Positions 1-17,333 of a DNA stretch of 52,034 nt are shown here, piece after piece (the stretch's first letter is position 1; each line of letters opens with the position of its first letter). The translations under genes were made by a program, and so were the position numbers. Origin of the DNA: Pelomyxa schiedti (Eukaryota; Protista; Evosea); the NCBI GenBank assembly GCA_020536535.1, contig JAHLWZ010000905.1, forward strand, positions 1 to 52,034. The letters run 5' to 3'. The notes below the pieces were generated by a model that saw nothing but the letters and a program-made list of their open reading frames with translations, made no database searches and had not been told where the DNA came from.

Positions 1-1152
1 AACAATCACAACAGGTGCACTGACATGCAAGGCAATATGCCAAGTACAACTTTATGAAGATTTGGATGTGGCCACCCAGGAGAAGTTATTTGATTTACTG
101 GCTCGGTACTTCATTCATTCAAACCTCTCACTCACCACTTCAAGATACCCCCATTGCCTGGTGCTGAAGTTCAATGTTCTTTGTACAAAAAGGCAGTGCT
201 GTTCAGATCCACCACTTCCTCAGTTAAACACTGCCCCACATCCCGAAGCGACAACTGCAACCAGAGCTGTATTCAGAGCCACAGCCACCCACAGCCACAA
301 CCACAGTCACTGCCACAGGTTCATGTGTAACCTCCTGCCCAATAAACCGCAACCCCAAACACAGTCAAAGCCACACACACACACACCTCCCCAGCAACCT
401 GCTAAGGCAAAGGTATCACCCAGTAAGCCAGCATCTCCTTATTCACCACATTATGTGACTTTCAATATGGATGCATACATCATGCTCCTTTTCTGATCCC
501 AATTACCCACCAGCAAGAGAGAGGACTCAGGTGGAAATCGCCGGTAGGGGGCATTGGCGTGAAAAACGTGAAAAAACATCCAAATTTCATCCCCATTAGG
601 CACCCCGGCAACAAGCGGATTGTGCTCTTAAACTCAAAGAGATATGAATCAACGTGAGGATATTACAAACAAAGTGCTTCTCAATTCATTTTCAAGGAGG
701 CTTCCATATATGCACATGCATGCAGCAGCACTTGTTTGTAGTATCCTCACATTGATTCATATGTTCTGTGGTGGGTTCCCTGCCTTCTCCAATTGGAGGC
801 ACCTCAGTAGGGTTACTTTCATGATTACAAATACCAACATTCATCATCAACATCCTCCCACAGAGGTACTTCAGGTGTTGTATGGTAAATTTTTGGGTGC
901 ACAAATAAAGAACAAAACAAAAGGTAACCACAATAACAAGTGTTGGGTTGCAGGGGTGTAGAGCACCCTACAGCACAACAAAACTGATTGTATGAGATTC
1001 TCTTTCTTCTCTCAACGTGCACACAAAACTGCTCTGAGCCCTCTTCACATTTATGTCTCTGTTCCGTAGTACCTCTCCGCCAGAGAGGCTGGTCCAATCA
1101 AAAAGACCAAGATCTGAAATCTGTTCGGCTCTTTGTTCAGCGAACCACACAA

Positions 1153-3138
1153 ATGCAGCGCACCGAGTTCGGGCCGTGGGCCGACGCGGGGACGTACGCG
1201 GGGGAGTTCAACAAGGCTGGGAGGCGAGACGGCCGAGGGACGTTCACGTGGCGCGACGGCAGCCGCTACGAGGGCCGCTGGAAGGACGACGAGATGCACG
1301 GCAACGGCACCTTCACGTGGCCCAACGGCGACGTCTACGCCGGGCCCTGGAGGCACAACGCGAAGCAGAACGGCGCCGACTGCACCTACCGCCTCGCGTC
1401 CGGCGAGGTCTACGAGATCAAGTCCGGCAGTTGGTCCCGTGACGTCATCCCCACCACGGTCCCAGGCGGCGGCGGCCCAAACGGTCCGGCCAAGCTCCCC
1501 AGCGGGACTGGGACTGGGACTACTATTACCAGGGAGACTGTATCTGGGAGTGGGACGATCAGGTGGCCCGACGGGAGCCTCTACGACGGTCAGATATCGG
1601 CCTCGTTGATGGATGGACGCGGGAGCTACCAATGGCCTGACGGCGACCTCTACGACGGAGGCTGGAGGGCGGGACTGAGGCACGGCGCCGGGACGTGCAG
1701 ATACACAAACGGCGATGTGTTTGTGGGATCCTACTCCAGGGGTCTCAAGGAGGGCGCCGGAATTCTCATTCTGGATGGACTCTCCTTCAGGGGCTCGTTC
1801 ACTGGTGGGATGAGGAATGGCAGTGGCCTTTTCGCATGGAGCAGTGGGAAGACCCTGGCTTGCCACTGGAGAGATGATGGGCCTGATCCCGAACACCCTG
1901 GTGCTGTTGTCACCAGCGCCGATGGAAAAACGGTTACTACTTGTGGTTGGAAAGTGGACCCGACGAACAGAGACCCGTCCGGTGTTCTTCTTCACGGAAC
2001 CGGGAACCAACTGGATATCCTCAGTGCTAAAATAACAAATGTGACCTACGTTGATGGTGTGCTAGTTGCTACAAATGACCCAAACACTCCACCCAAAAAA
2101 GCAACCACACAACTTCTACCAATCCGGAGTTCATCGTCCTCAAACGATATTCACCTGGATACAAGTATGATATATTTGTCTCCGTGCTCCTTCCTAATGG
2201 TCTACAGCAATCGACATCAGTCAGACCCCTTCACAAGAATTTGATCAGGTTGGAAAGTTCGATGATATTCCTCATATACTGTATCCAACTGGCTTCTTTC
2301 CAAAGAAAGTTTTTGATGCATTAGTGGAAGCGGAAATTCCTGAAATTCTGTTGGTACAATCATTCAATCTTTTCCAGTTATCTTTTTTACCTGAACAATC
2401 TGCAGGTAATTTCAGAAGGCACATTGACAGCTCAAAAGGCTCTCTCTGATCCAATGGTGTCCACCTATAGCATCTCTTTAGATGAGGCCACCGCCATCTC
2501 TTGTATTACATGCCCACGAACGTTTTTGCATGTAAACAACCGCCTCAACAGTGCTCTTTTACAGAGGTGATCAAATTCAACTCTGGTAAGCTCAGCATTT
2601 TACGCAACTCATTTCCAACAGGAACACATTAGAACTCAAAAAATGGAGTAGCTTTATGTTTCTCCTATTGAGAGGCATACGTAAGCTGCCCACGATCACT
2701 GCCACTGCAGGTGGAGTATTTTATCGGTCTATCAAGACTCAGGTGAATGTTGATCAGTACCATTACTGTAAAGGAAACAACGTTGCATGGCACTGTTTTT
2801 CTACAGTGGGCACTCGACTGGAGGACGCTATGATGAAATGCAGAAACGAAGCAAGTGAAGAATGCTCAGGAACAATGTTTATTCTTGAAAATTGCTGGGG
2901 ATATGATGTATCTCTGTTCGGCGAACGGAATGGTTTGAACTAGACCATTATATTAACACAACTTGAGGAATGACACTCAAATGCAGAAATCCTCCTTGAA
3001 CCAGAGATTGCGTTTTCTGTGAGAGAAGTGAAGATCGCTACTCTAATTATGGTGGAGATGGTGATGCAACCATCCCGTTTACTACTTGAAAGGCTCGTTC
3101 CAGCACTCAATGCACCAATGGTGCGCCTTCGCTTTTAG
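1153..3138 (+). CDS. MORN-repeat protein with C-terminal R-S-E type (ARTC/VIP2-like) ADP-ribosyltransferase domain; spliced
   Basis: Exon 1 has repeated YxGxWxxxxxxGxGxxxWxxG MORN units. After short GT-AG introns (e.g. 2165-2207) the frame gives FLLLRGIRKLP..FYRS..VAWHCFSTV..GTMFILE..GYDVSLF..AEILLEP; stop TAG at 3136-3138. Confidence 0.8.
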
Positions 3139-3398
3139 GGTGGGATGTAATTTTTTTTCAGCAACCGCATGACCAAAGCAATGCCGATACCGGACCTGTA
3201 GGAATTAAGGGCAAAAAAACACATTCCTTCACACATAAAAAAAGGAAGCCACAGGAAGGAAATCTCAGAGGGTTGATTGACTCCGTCCAATCTCCCCCAC
3301 TGCGTTTCCTATCACCACCTTTAGGTTTTTTCCCTCCAAAACATCTTAATTGTAACACTCTCTTAGGTGGCTCCAAGCAGCTGTCATCCTCGGCATCT

Positions 3399-4554
3399 AT
3401 GACAACAGAGCCTCATAAGAAAACGCTGATAGCTTTCATGGAGGCTGTTCCCTACCTTCAAGAACGCGAGGGGTCTGTATATAATATTTGGAAGGTAAAC
3501 CTTGTTTTGGGATTCTGCTTTGCAAAAAAGTAAATGCATAGGAATGGTTTGAAACAATTCCAATGTCAGAAGTTTTGAGGAAATCCCATAGCCTTGGGTA
3601 TTCCCTGTCCAGTTCCGTTGATTGGAAGGAACATTCTTTCTACTACTTTGGACCACAGAGTATTGTCACCACTCAAATAGTATGCAGAGCTGTCATCTTA
3701 TACACCCATTCTTACCTTTTTTTAGTCAGCCTTCGCCCAGGCCACCAAAACAGACGCAACTTCTCTTGAATGTGGAATACACTTTCAAGGGCTCGACATT
3801 CCAATTTTAGGTTTATGCATTAGGTTAACTGCAAACGGAGCTGAATGTGGCTGGTACTCACCAGATGACGTACCACTAGGGGTTTGGTGGCTTTTTCATT
3901 ACTATTGTGGTTTTTACTTCCCCTCAGATCGTACTCAAAGTAGCCGATCCAGGAGTCCCACTGGACATCATTTTCAAGTGGTGTAACACCAATAAGATTA
4001 CACAATATTCTTTTGTTGGGCACGGAATTGGATCCCCACCAGTTTCCACAAAATTTCAGTTCCAGATGCCTTGCACTGGTTTCCAACAGCAACTAAAAGT
4101 GAGAATATACTCCTTCTAATTTACGTCTAAATCTCATGTAGGTCGCCATGAGAGCTTGGAAATTCTTTAATTTTCCTCCACTATCCCCTCAGCTAATCGC
4201 TTGTTTAACGAGAGAAACCGCACAGTCGGCGTGTGTCTCGATTACTTTTACCAATGAGCAATTCATCAGGTAATACACCTACTCAACTAACTTGTCATTC
4301 TCATTGCTTGCCTGTGCAGTATATCCATTGACTGCAAGATGCCATCAAAAACCCTTATAAGCCAACTCTCCGCCATGGTCAGAGCCAAAGCCGAATCTGT
4401 TTCAATGCTGGAGGGAATATCTGGTAAACCTGTGTCAATGGTATCCTATTGCTATCTATGTTCCGGCTCTGGTGGCGAAATATTCAGAGAAGGCTACAAT
4501 GTACTTACTTCCTATGTTCCCCATTCAACGTTGTTCACTCTAACTCAACAATAA
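3399..4554 (+). CDS. hypothetical protein, multi-exon
   Basis: ATG at 3399 (MTTEPHKK). ORF pieces 3273-3533, 3563-3769, 3907-4119 and 4339-4554 join through ~40-55 nt GT-AG introns. No recognisable domain. Confidence 0.6.
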
Positions 4555-4687
4555 CAACAGGTATTCATAACCTGTGACTTGTAACATGTGCCGGCTCCGT
4601 CTATTTCTATTTCTAAATATAAAAAATGTAAATGTAACTGACTTTTGATTGTTTTTTTTTTTTGGCGAACGTTCAAAAAGATTCGCG

Positions 4688-10562
<5,875 letters not shown>

Positions 10563-10726
10563 AAAAACCCATTTTCATTAGCGTGGTCTACTTTCTATTC
10601 CTCGTTTTTCTATTCCCAGCGTTCTATCCGTCCAAAACGACGTGTCCGACCCTTCAAGATTCACATTTGCAAAGTCAACAGAAAACACAAAAACAAAAAA
10701 GAAATAACTGTCAAACATACGAGGGG

Positions 10727-12842
10727 ATGGACAACACGATGATGTTGGGTATTGCTGGCGGTGCGGTGCTGTTCGTAGTTGTCGCAATCGTGCTGTTGGT
10801 TGTGCGGTTGGCCCATAATCCCGCTGTGATACCCCCGGCCGCCACGAAAAAGCCGTCGTCGCTACTCTTGGACGAGAAGACGCCCAGTGTGAAAAAGAGC
10901 AAGCAGAAAAAGTCGACTGCTTCCTCGGCGGCAGCTTCGGTATCTCAAGAGAAGGTCAATGTCGGCACTGCTGCTGCACCATCTGTTCTCAAGAAGTATG
11001 CTTTCTGTTATGTTCTGTTTTTTTTTTTTTCTCTTTTTCTTCTTCTCCGCTTCCCCTTGACAAGTCTATTGTGAATGCTTATTGGTCTGTAGGAGAAAGC
11101 CCGTTAAGACCGAGGAGGAAGTTGTGGAACTTGTAAAGGTAGTTGAGACCGTTACTCCTAAGAAAGAGGAGACAGTGCCTGCTATTAAGAAAGAAGTGCC
11201 AGTGCCCCTTGTTAAAAAAGAAGTTGCAATAACCCCCGTTGCTCCTGCTGTTGTGCAACAGGCACCCGAACAGCCCAAACAACCCGAAATTACAGCAGAA
11301 AAACCGGTTCCAGTAAGCGCGGAACTCCCAACCCCTGCCACAACAACCACGAGCTCTGCTTTACCAGTTGCAACAACTACCAGCACAACAGCTGTTGTAC
11401 AAGCAGAGGCACCCACCACAACGAGCGTCACAAGTGTCCCAGAGACTAAGGTCACACCAACTCCTGTAGTCTCCAAGAAACCGAAGAAAGAAAAGAAGCC
11501 AGCAGCACCTCCTAAAGCAAAGAAACCAATTGGTACAGAAACATCAAGAAAATTTTACTCTAATCCCCACCCAGAAATTGTGGATGAAGATGAGGAAGAG
11601 GAACTAGAGGCGGAACTTGTGGAGGAGCACCCTTGGGAAGTTGCTGGAGAGTGGAACACAGTTGAGAAGGGATCAGGCAACACAGTGCCCAAGTACATAA
11701 AAGAAGCACTCGAACTTCTCAACATGAAACTGAGGGCCAGGCGCTCAGAGAATGATCATCAGAAGGTTGTTCAGATTCCCCCAAACCAACAAGTTTAGTT
11801 CCCTTGGCTAATACGTTAGTAGAATAAACTGGAAGAGTTCCGTGATAGTTACCAAAAGAAGGCCAAAGAGGTTGAGGCGGTTGCGATGCGCAACAAGGAG
11901 GCATTAGCGGAGATGCAGGCTCATCTAGCTTCCGATGCACAGGTTGACCCCACTTCTCCCTCCACTAAACTAACAGAAGCAAAGGTGAAAGTTAAAGACC
12001 TTGACCCAGTGAGTTCACACAACTACATTACCCAGCAGAAGGAGTTGCTGGCTGCTCGCCAAGCTCAGAGAATTGACTCTCTCAGGGACGAGAAGAAACG
12101 CTTAGAAGCAACTCTCGCCCAGTTACTTGAGGCGAAGGCGGCAGCTGAGGCACCTGTACCCTCGCCCTCCTCAGAAACAACTGTACCCTCAACCACCGAA
12201 CCGGAAGTGGTGCCAATTCCAACAGAAGTCCAACCGGAAGTTCCAAATACAACAGTTACGTCTGCACCAACTGAACCTGAAATTTCTAGAAAACCACCTC
12301 AGAGAGAGGAACCTCCACCTACCAAATATGTGCCCACATTTTTTTCTTCTGAAACTAACGCGGCTCTTGCCTACCTTGCAATAAATACATGTGAGAGTGC
12401 TCTCCTGCTAGGCAACAGCCAGAATATTGCCACTGAGAAAGCACAACAAGCGGAACAAGAAGCCGCAGCCGAACTGGAAAGAGCAGCAGCAGCCAAAAGA
12501 GACCTTGAAGCAGCACAGGCTGAACTACAACAAGCACGCGGCATGCTGGAGGACCTCAAAAAACAAGTTGCTTCACTATCAGCCGTGGAACCGGGAGTTG
12601 ACAAGGACCTGGACAAAGAGCTGGCAGCAGAAAGCCTCAGTCTCGAGACACTCAAGAAAGAAATGGTCACCAGAGAAGCAGAGCTATCCAAGTTCATATC
12701 TGAACTTGCCGGCACAGAGCCACCCGTCAACGTGGCTCCTGTGGAGGATGAAATTGCCGCTCTTGAGAAGGAGCACAAAGAACAGGAACAAGCTCTCAGG
12801 CAAAAGATACAGGTTATGGAACAACAAATAGCCAAGTTATGA
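10727..12842 (+). CDS. N-terminally membrane-anchored, Lys/Pro/Thr-rich, coiled-coil protein (kinectin/ribosome-receptor-like layout)
   Basis: MDNTMMLGIAGGAVLFVVVAIVLLVV hydrophobic anchor followed by basic stretch KKSKQKK. Long exons at 11082-11798 and 11886-12842 with heptad-rich E/K/L/A C-terminus. Confidence 0.65.
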
Positions 12843-12923
12843 GGAAAAAAAAAAGAATAAATTTCTTCCTGAAAATTTTTGCTGTTTCAAACTATGGTGT
12901 GGATAAAGCCACATCCTGGTGTT

Positions 12924-14678
12924 TTATTCAGAATCATGAAGAATTTCACCCAGTATCCTGATTGCAGGGAACCCACCACGTGGTGGTTGTCTCCCACAAA
13001 GTAACTCTAGGTCTCGTGTCCAGTCAAACAGAGCGGAGCCACTGGACATAGTTGGGCCGAAGGGGTTTAATTCAATAACCTGGCAGTGGAAACCAGGCAG
13101 AACGACGATATCTGTGGGGCGTTGAGTGAATAGTTAAAGGATGGGTTACAGCATACCTATAACGTAATCTGTGATTTGAATATGCGGCTTAACGAAATTG
13201 TGATATTGGACAATGGCTTCCCGAAGTCGTGCAACATACTCCGTGTTGTCAATCAGGCTGGGAAATCGGACATAACAATGGTATCTTCGGAAGTGGGAAG
13301 TTTGTAAATCAATAAAAAAAGCAAGTAGCGTACTGAGAAATTGCAGTCAAGACACCATTAGAGACAAAGCACCGGAATTCGTGATCTTGAGGAAGCTGAT
13401 CCACCCAGTCACGCAAAATTATACTCAGCTCATCAGATGATGTACCAGGGATCCGATACTGAAAGAAGAAGGATATATCACTGAAATTGATCAGAGAAGA
13501 ATCGATGGAATTGTGCAGTACCTGAATACACGCTGACTCTTCGAGAGTAATTCTACGGCATAAAACGGATCCGTAACACACATGTGACGATATTTTAGTA
13601 GTAACCTTCTTGAAGGATCGGTCTCTTTCTTCTCTTCTTCAGTAAGAGATACAGCGTCCTTGGGTGAGCGAGTGCTCATCCTACAGAAATACTTCTTCCC
13701 CGGTTGCATGATGGCACCAAGTCTATCCTGCACGCATTTTAGAATCACAGAGGCAAAGATGTGCGTACTTCAATGCTCTGTCTTCCATCGAGTTCCGATT
13801 GTTTTAGTCTAGCAGGCATACCCAGTCCTTCTGCAAGTGCTACTGTACAAAGACCCCGTAGCACTGTCAGATCTTGGTCGGTAAGAGGAAGAAAGATGGT
13901 GGGTGCAGTGGCTGGAATGCCATCTAACAAATGTTAGCCAATAAGAGGAGTGTCAATTTAAATGAGGGAGTATCAGAGCAGTAACCTGTTGGTGGAAGAA
14001 CAGAAACCCACTTGTACCTTGTGAGATGGTGAGAATTGAGGTCGAAAAAATGGATTGGGAAACCATCTCTCCAAGTTATACTTCGTCGTTTGCAATGTGT
14101 ACAGCTTTCGAATGATGAGAGGAACAAATTCTTTTTCGTGTACAAAGTATAACGATTTTCCGTCACCTAGTTCCTGGATCGTGTAAGAATCAAGACAAGC
14201 AGGTAAAATTCCATACAATTACATCCTTGTGTAATGCAGTAAGGCCATCCTGAATAAATGGTAGCACGTGCTTTTCAAACGCAATACGGACTGGGTGAGG
14301 GTGTTCCAGTGTGTCAGATTCAGATATACACAAACTGCCCTTGTGCTTGTACAAAGTCTACGATTGTGTTACAAAAAAAAAAAAAAAGAAGTATCCACTT
14401 GAGAATTGTACGGTTACCGAGAAATTCGGGAAAGTGCGCAGGCACATGTCGCACATTGGCAGCGATTTGTTGTACACAGGCATTGGCACGTCTGTCAACG
14501 AGTCCAACTCCAAAACTCTGTAGTGCAAAGTGCCACCGCCGACGTTGTTGCTGTTTAGCCAATCCTCGCGTGCCCCGTACACGATCTGCACAACAACAGC
14601 TCCATTGACGTTAAGATCTTGTTCTGTAACCCTCAACGTAAAGGGCTGACTTGCCGGTGCCGTGTTGGTGGCTGCCAT
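12924..14678 (-). CDS. Cdc123-like (R2K clade) ATP-grasp protein with N-terminal extension; spliced
   Basis: Motifs KYFCRMSTRSPKDA, LLSKSQRV, IILRDW..EFRCFVSNGVLTAISQY, VIELNPFG..SGSALFDW. Start MAATNTAP at 14678 joined via short introns; TAA at 12924-12926. Confidence 0.75.
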
Positions 14679-14909
14679 TCGCGTGCGAAAAGTTTTTACT
14701 GTAATCGGGCGTCGTTGTTGTTCCGGGGAGTTCAGCAAATCAGGATTGTGAGTTACTTCTCTCACAGCCCAAGGGGCCACTGAGATCGATGACTCATGAG
14801 GAATGGGTGGCATTCGTGCCCGGCGCGGGACGTAGAAAGCACCCTGAGAGCAACCATCACCTATTTTTTTCACACAAAGACACAAGGATTGCTACCATCA
14901 TTTTTGACA

Positions 14910-17016
14910 ATGCTTCCCGTCCCAATGCAGAGCCAACAACCTTTTGTTGCTTATCCACCGATGTTAGATGTGTCGCAACAAACTATTATACCCTCGGTGG
15001 GCCTGCCCACTGGATCTCCGCGCTCGCAACAATTGCGCCTAACCGGCGGCGCGCCGTTCGCACCTTCTCAGTTGCAAAATCAATGTGGTTCCTCCCTTAG
15101 GTTGCCTCAGCAACAATCGCTCTTGCCCCTGCCCTTACCAAATCTTGGGGGGCTGCCTTTTCCCTTGATGTCGCCAATTCAGCAATCTCAAGCACCACAA
15201 GGCGAGGATGTATTTTTAGCGTACTACCAACAAATGCTGGCTAACAACGTGCAAAACCTGTCGCCTGATATACTCGCCCTCTTGGGACCTCACTCAACAC
15301 CAAGGCCTCAATCTCACGGCAATACTATGGAGCTATCGAACAACACACAGCAGGCGTTGACCCTTGTCAATCAGTTAGTCAACCAACGACCTGCCACTGG
15401 TATGTGCTCTCGCCATTCATAAAATAAGATATATAATACATTCCTATTTCTTTATGTTACCTATACGTGTAGGTTTCAAGTTTACACCTCAAGGCCTTCC
15501 AAATATTCCCACTGCTGTGCCTAATCTTAGACCCCCTCCAGCTGCGACCTACCACAGCAACCAAGCACGTCCTAAGCACAGAAGCCCAAGTGCAAACCGG
15601 GACGAGGAAAGGAGTCACAACAGGGAAAGGAGCATCAGTAGAGAACGGAGTATAAGTAGGGAAAGGGCAAGGGAGAGAGATAGGAGCCGGAGCAGAGATA
15701 AGAGTAAAGAAAAGATACGAGAAAGGAGCCGGGATAAAGTTAGGGAGAGTAGAGTTGAAAAAAGCAGAAGCAGAGAACGTAGCAGGAAGAGGGAAAGGAG
15801 TCAGAGTAACGAACCAAACCCCGCTGGCAGAAGCAGCAGCCGAGGCAGTAGCAAAAGGCGAAGTCATAGTAAAAATGGTGAAAGAAGGCGAAACCAAAGT
15901 AGAAGCTCCAGCAGAAACAGAAGTAGGAGCCGAAGTAAGGAAAGCACTGCCACTGAACCTCTGAACAAGATAGCGAGAGTAGAAAGAGGAAGAACCCAAA
16001 AGAGAGGCGAGTCCCCGTTTAGCTCGGGAGACAACCACGAAACTACTATGGTCAGGACCCCCACACAGTCTTCCATTCAAACAACCCCATCTGCCTCTTC
16101 TCGGCCTGAAAGTAAAGAACGTTATACAGTGGAGCTACCACCTCACCCTCCTCCCTTAGGTACTTCAAAATCCAGTTCGCACGCGAGTGAGCTGGAGTCA
16201 GAATCTTCAACTGCACCCTCAACAGTTTTCGACCACTCTTCAACACACAGCACACAACAAAAGCAGATTCAGTCGGCTAGGAATGTGAAAGCTAGTGCTG
16301 TTATATCTGCTCCCCCACTTCCCCGACACCCTCCAACAGTGCCACCCTCACGTCAAAACTCACTTCTTCCACCTCCAAATTCTCTCACAGCTAATAATGG
16401 AAGTTCCAACCATGGAACCCCTGTTACAACATTTTCACCCAACCTTCCACTATCAAATTCCTATATTCCAACCACACTACCCCCGAATCCACTGCTGCCT
16501 CTCCTTCCTCAACGTTATGGAAATGTTGATGGAGGAGTTACCTCTTCCTATGACAAGTTGCAATATGAGGAGGGCACATATCCCGTGCAAGGTGTGAGCT
16601 CTTACACTGGAGCTCAGCAGTGGCCACCAAACTCAATTCTTTCTACGACGCTGAGTAGCACTCAAGTTGGATTAGCCCCACAACTCCTTGAGCCATTCAA
16701 ACGTGGACCACAATCACCCCTCTTACCTACACCCATCCCTTTTTATCCATTGGAAGGCTACCCTCAATCTAGTGCAAATTCCGGAATGGCACAAGTAATG
16801 GCAAATAATAGTGGTGGCCTGTTTCCGGGGTTGATGCCACTTAATGGGAGCGGCATGTCAAATAGGCAGCAGTGTTTACAAGGGTCAGTCAGTGCGGCTT
16901 CTATTCCGAATTTTCAACCACTACCATCTTATGACTCTGGTGATATAAGCACTAGTGCATATGGTTCGTACAGTGTCTCGCCCTCCTATTATATATCTTC
17001 TCAATACATTGCGTAA
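14910..17016 (+). CDS. low-complexity protein with Gln/Pro-rich ends and central RS/RE dipeptide domain (possible splicing/RNA-processing factor)
   Basis: ORFs 14796-15422 and 15454-17016 are joined by an intron at ~15400-15472. Contains RERSISRERSISRERARERDRSRSR. Confidence 0.6.
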
Positions 17017-17333
17017 ATCGTGAAATGACAGTAAATATCTTGGCTGTGCTCTATGTTTTTTGTTGAATGATGTTGAACAGGACTTTACTGAATGGCACTT
17101 GATCCTTGAATGCAATGTTTTTGTTTTCCCCAACACACCGCCTACATTGTGTTGTTGTATTTCATTCTTTTGAAGGCTGGAATAAACATTTACCATTCAT
17201 TGTTTTGTTTGCAAAGCACTAGAAAATAACACCCAACTCCACTTGATGTTGTACAAAACCCTGCTTTACTAACACAAACACAGGCACCAAACCCGAAATA
17301 AAATCGCACTCACATAAACATTTGGAAAAAAGA

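Noticed and set aside
62-961. ORFs 62-496 and 644-961
   Set aside because: Low-complexity, CpG-depleted sequence with no domain and no convincing splice pattern; probably non-coding or decayed.
1051-2010. 319-aa minus-strand ORF and other long antisense ORFs (28937-29731, 51656-51982, 15457-16080)
   Set aside because: Shadow ORFs of GC-rich or low-complexity sense genes.
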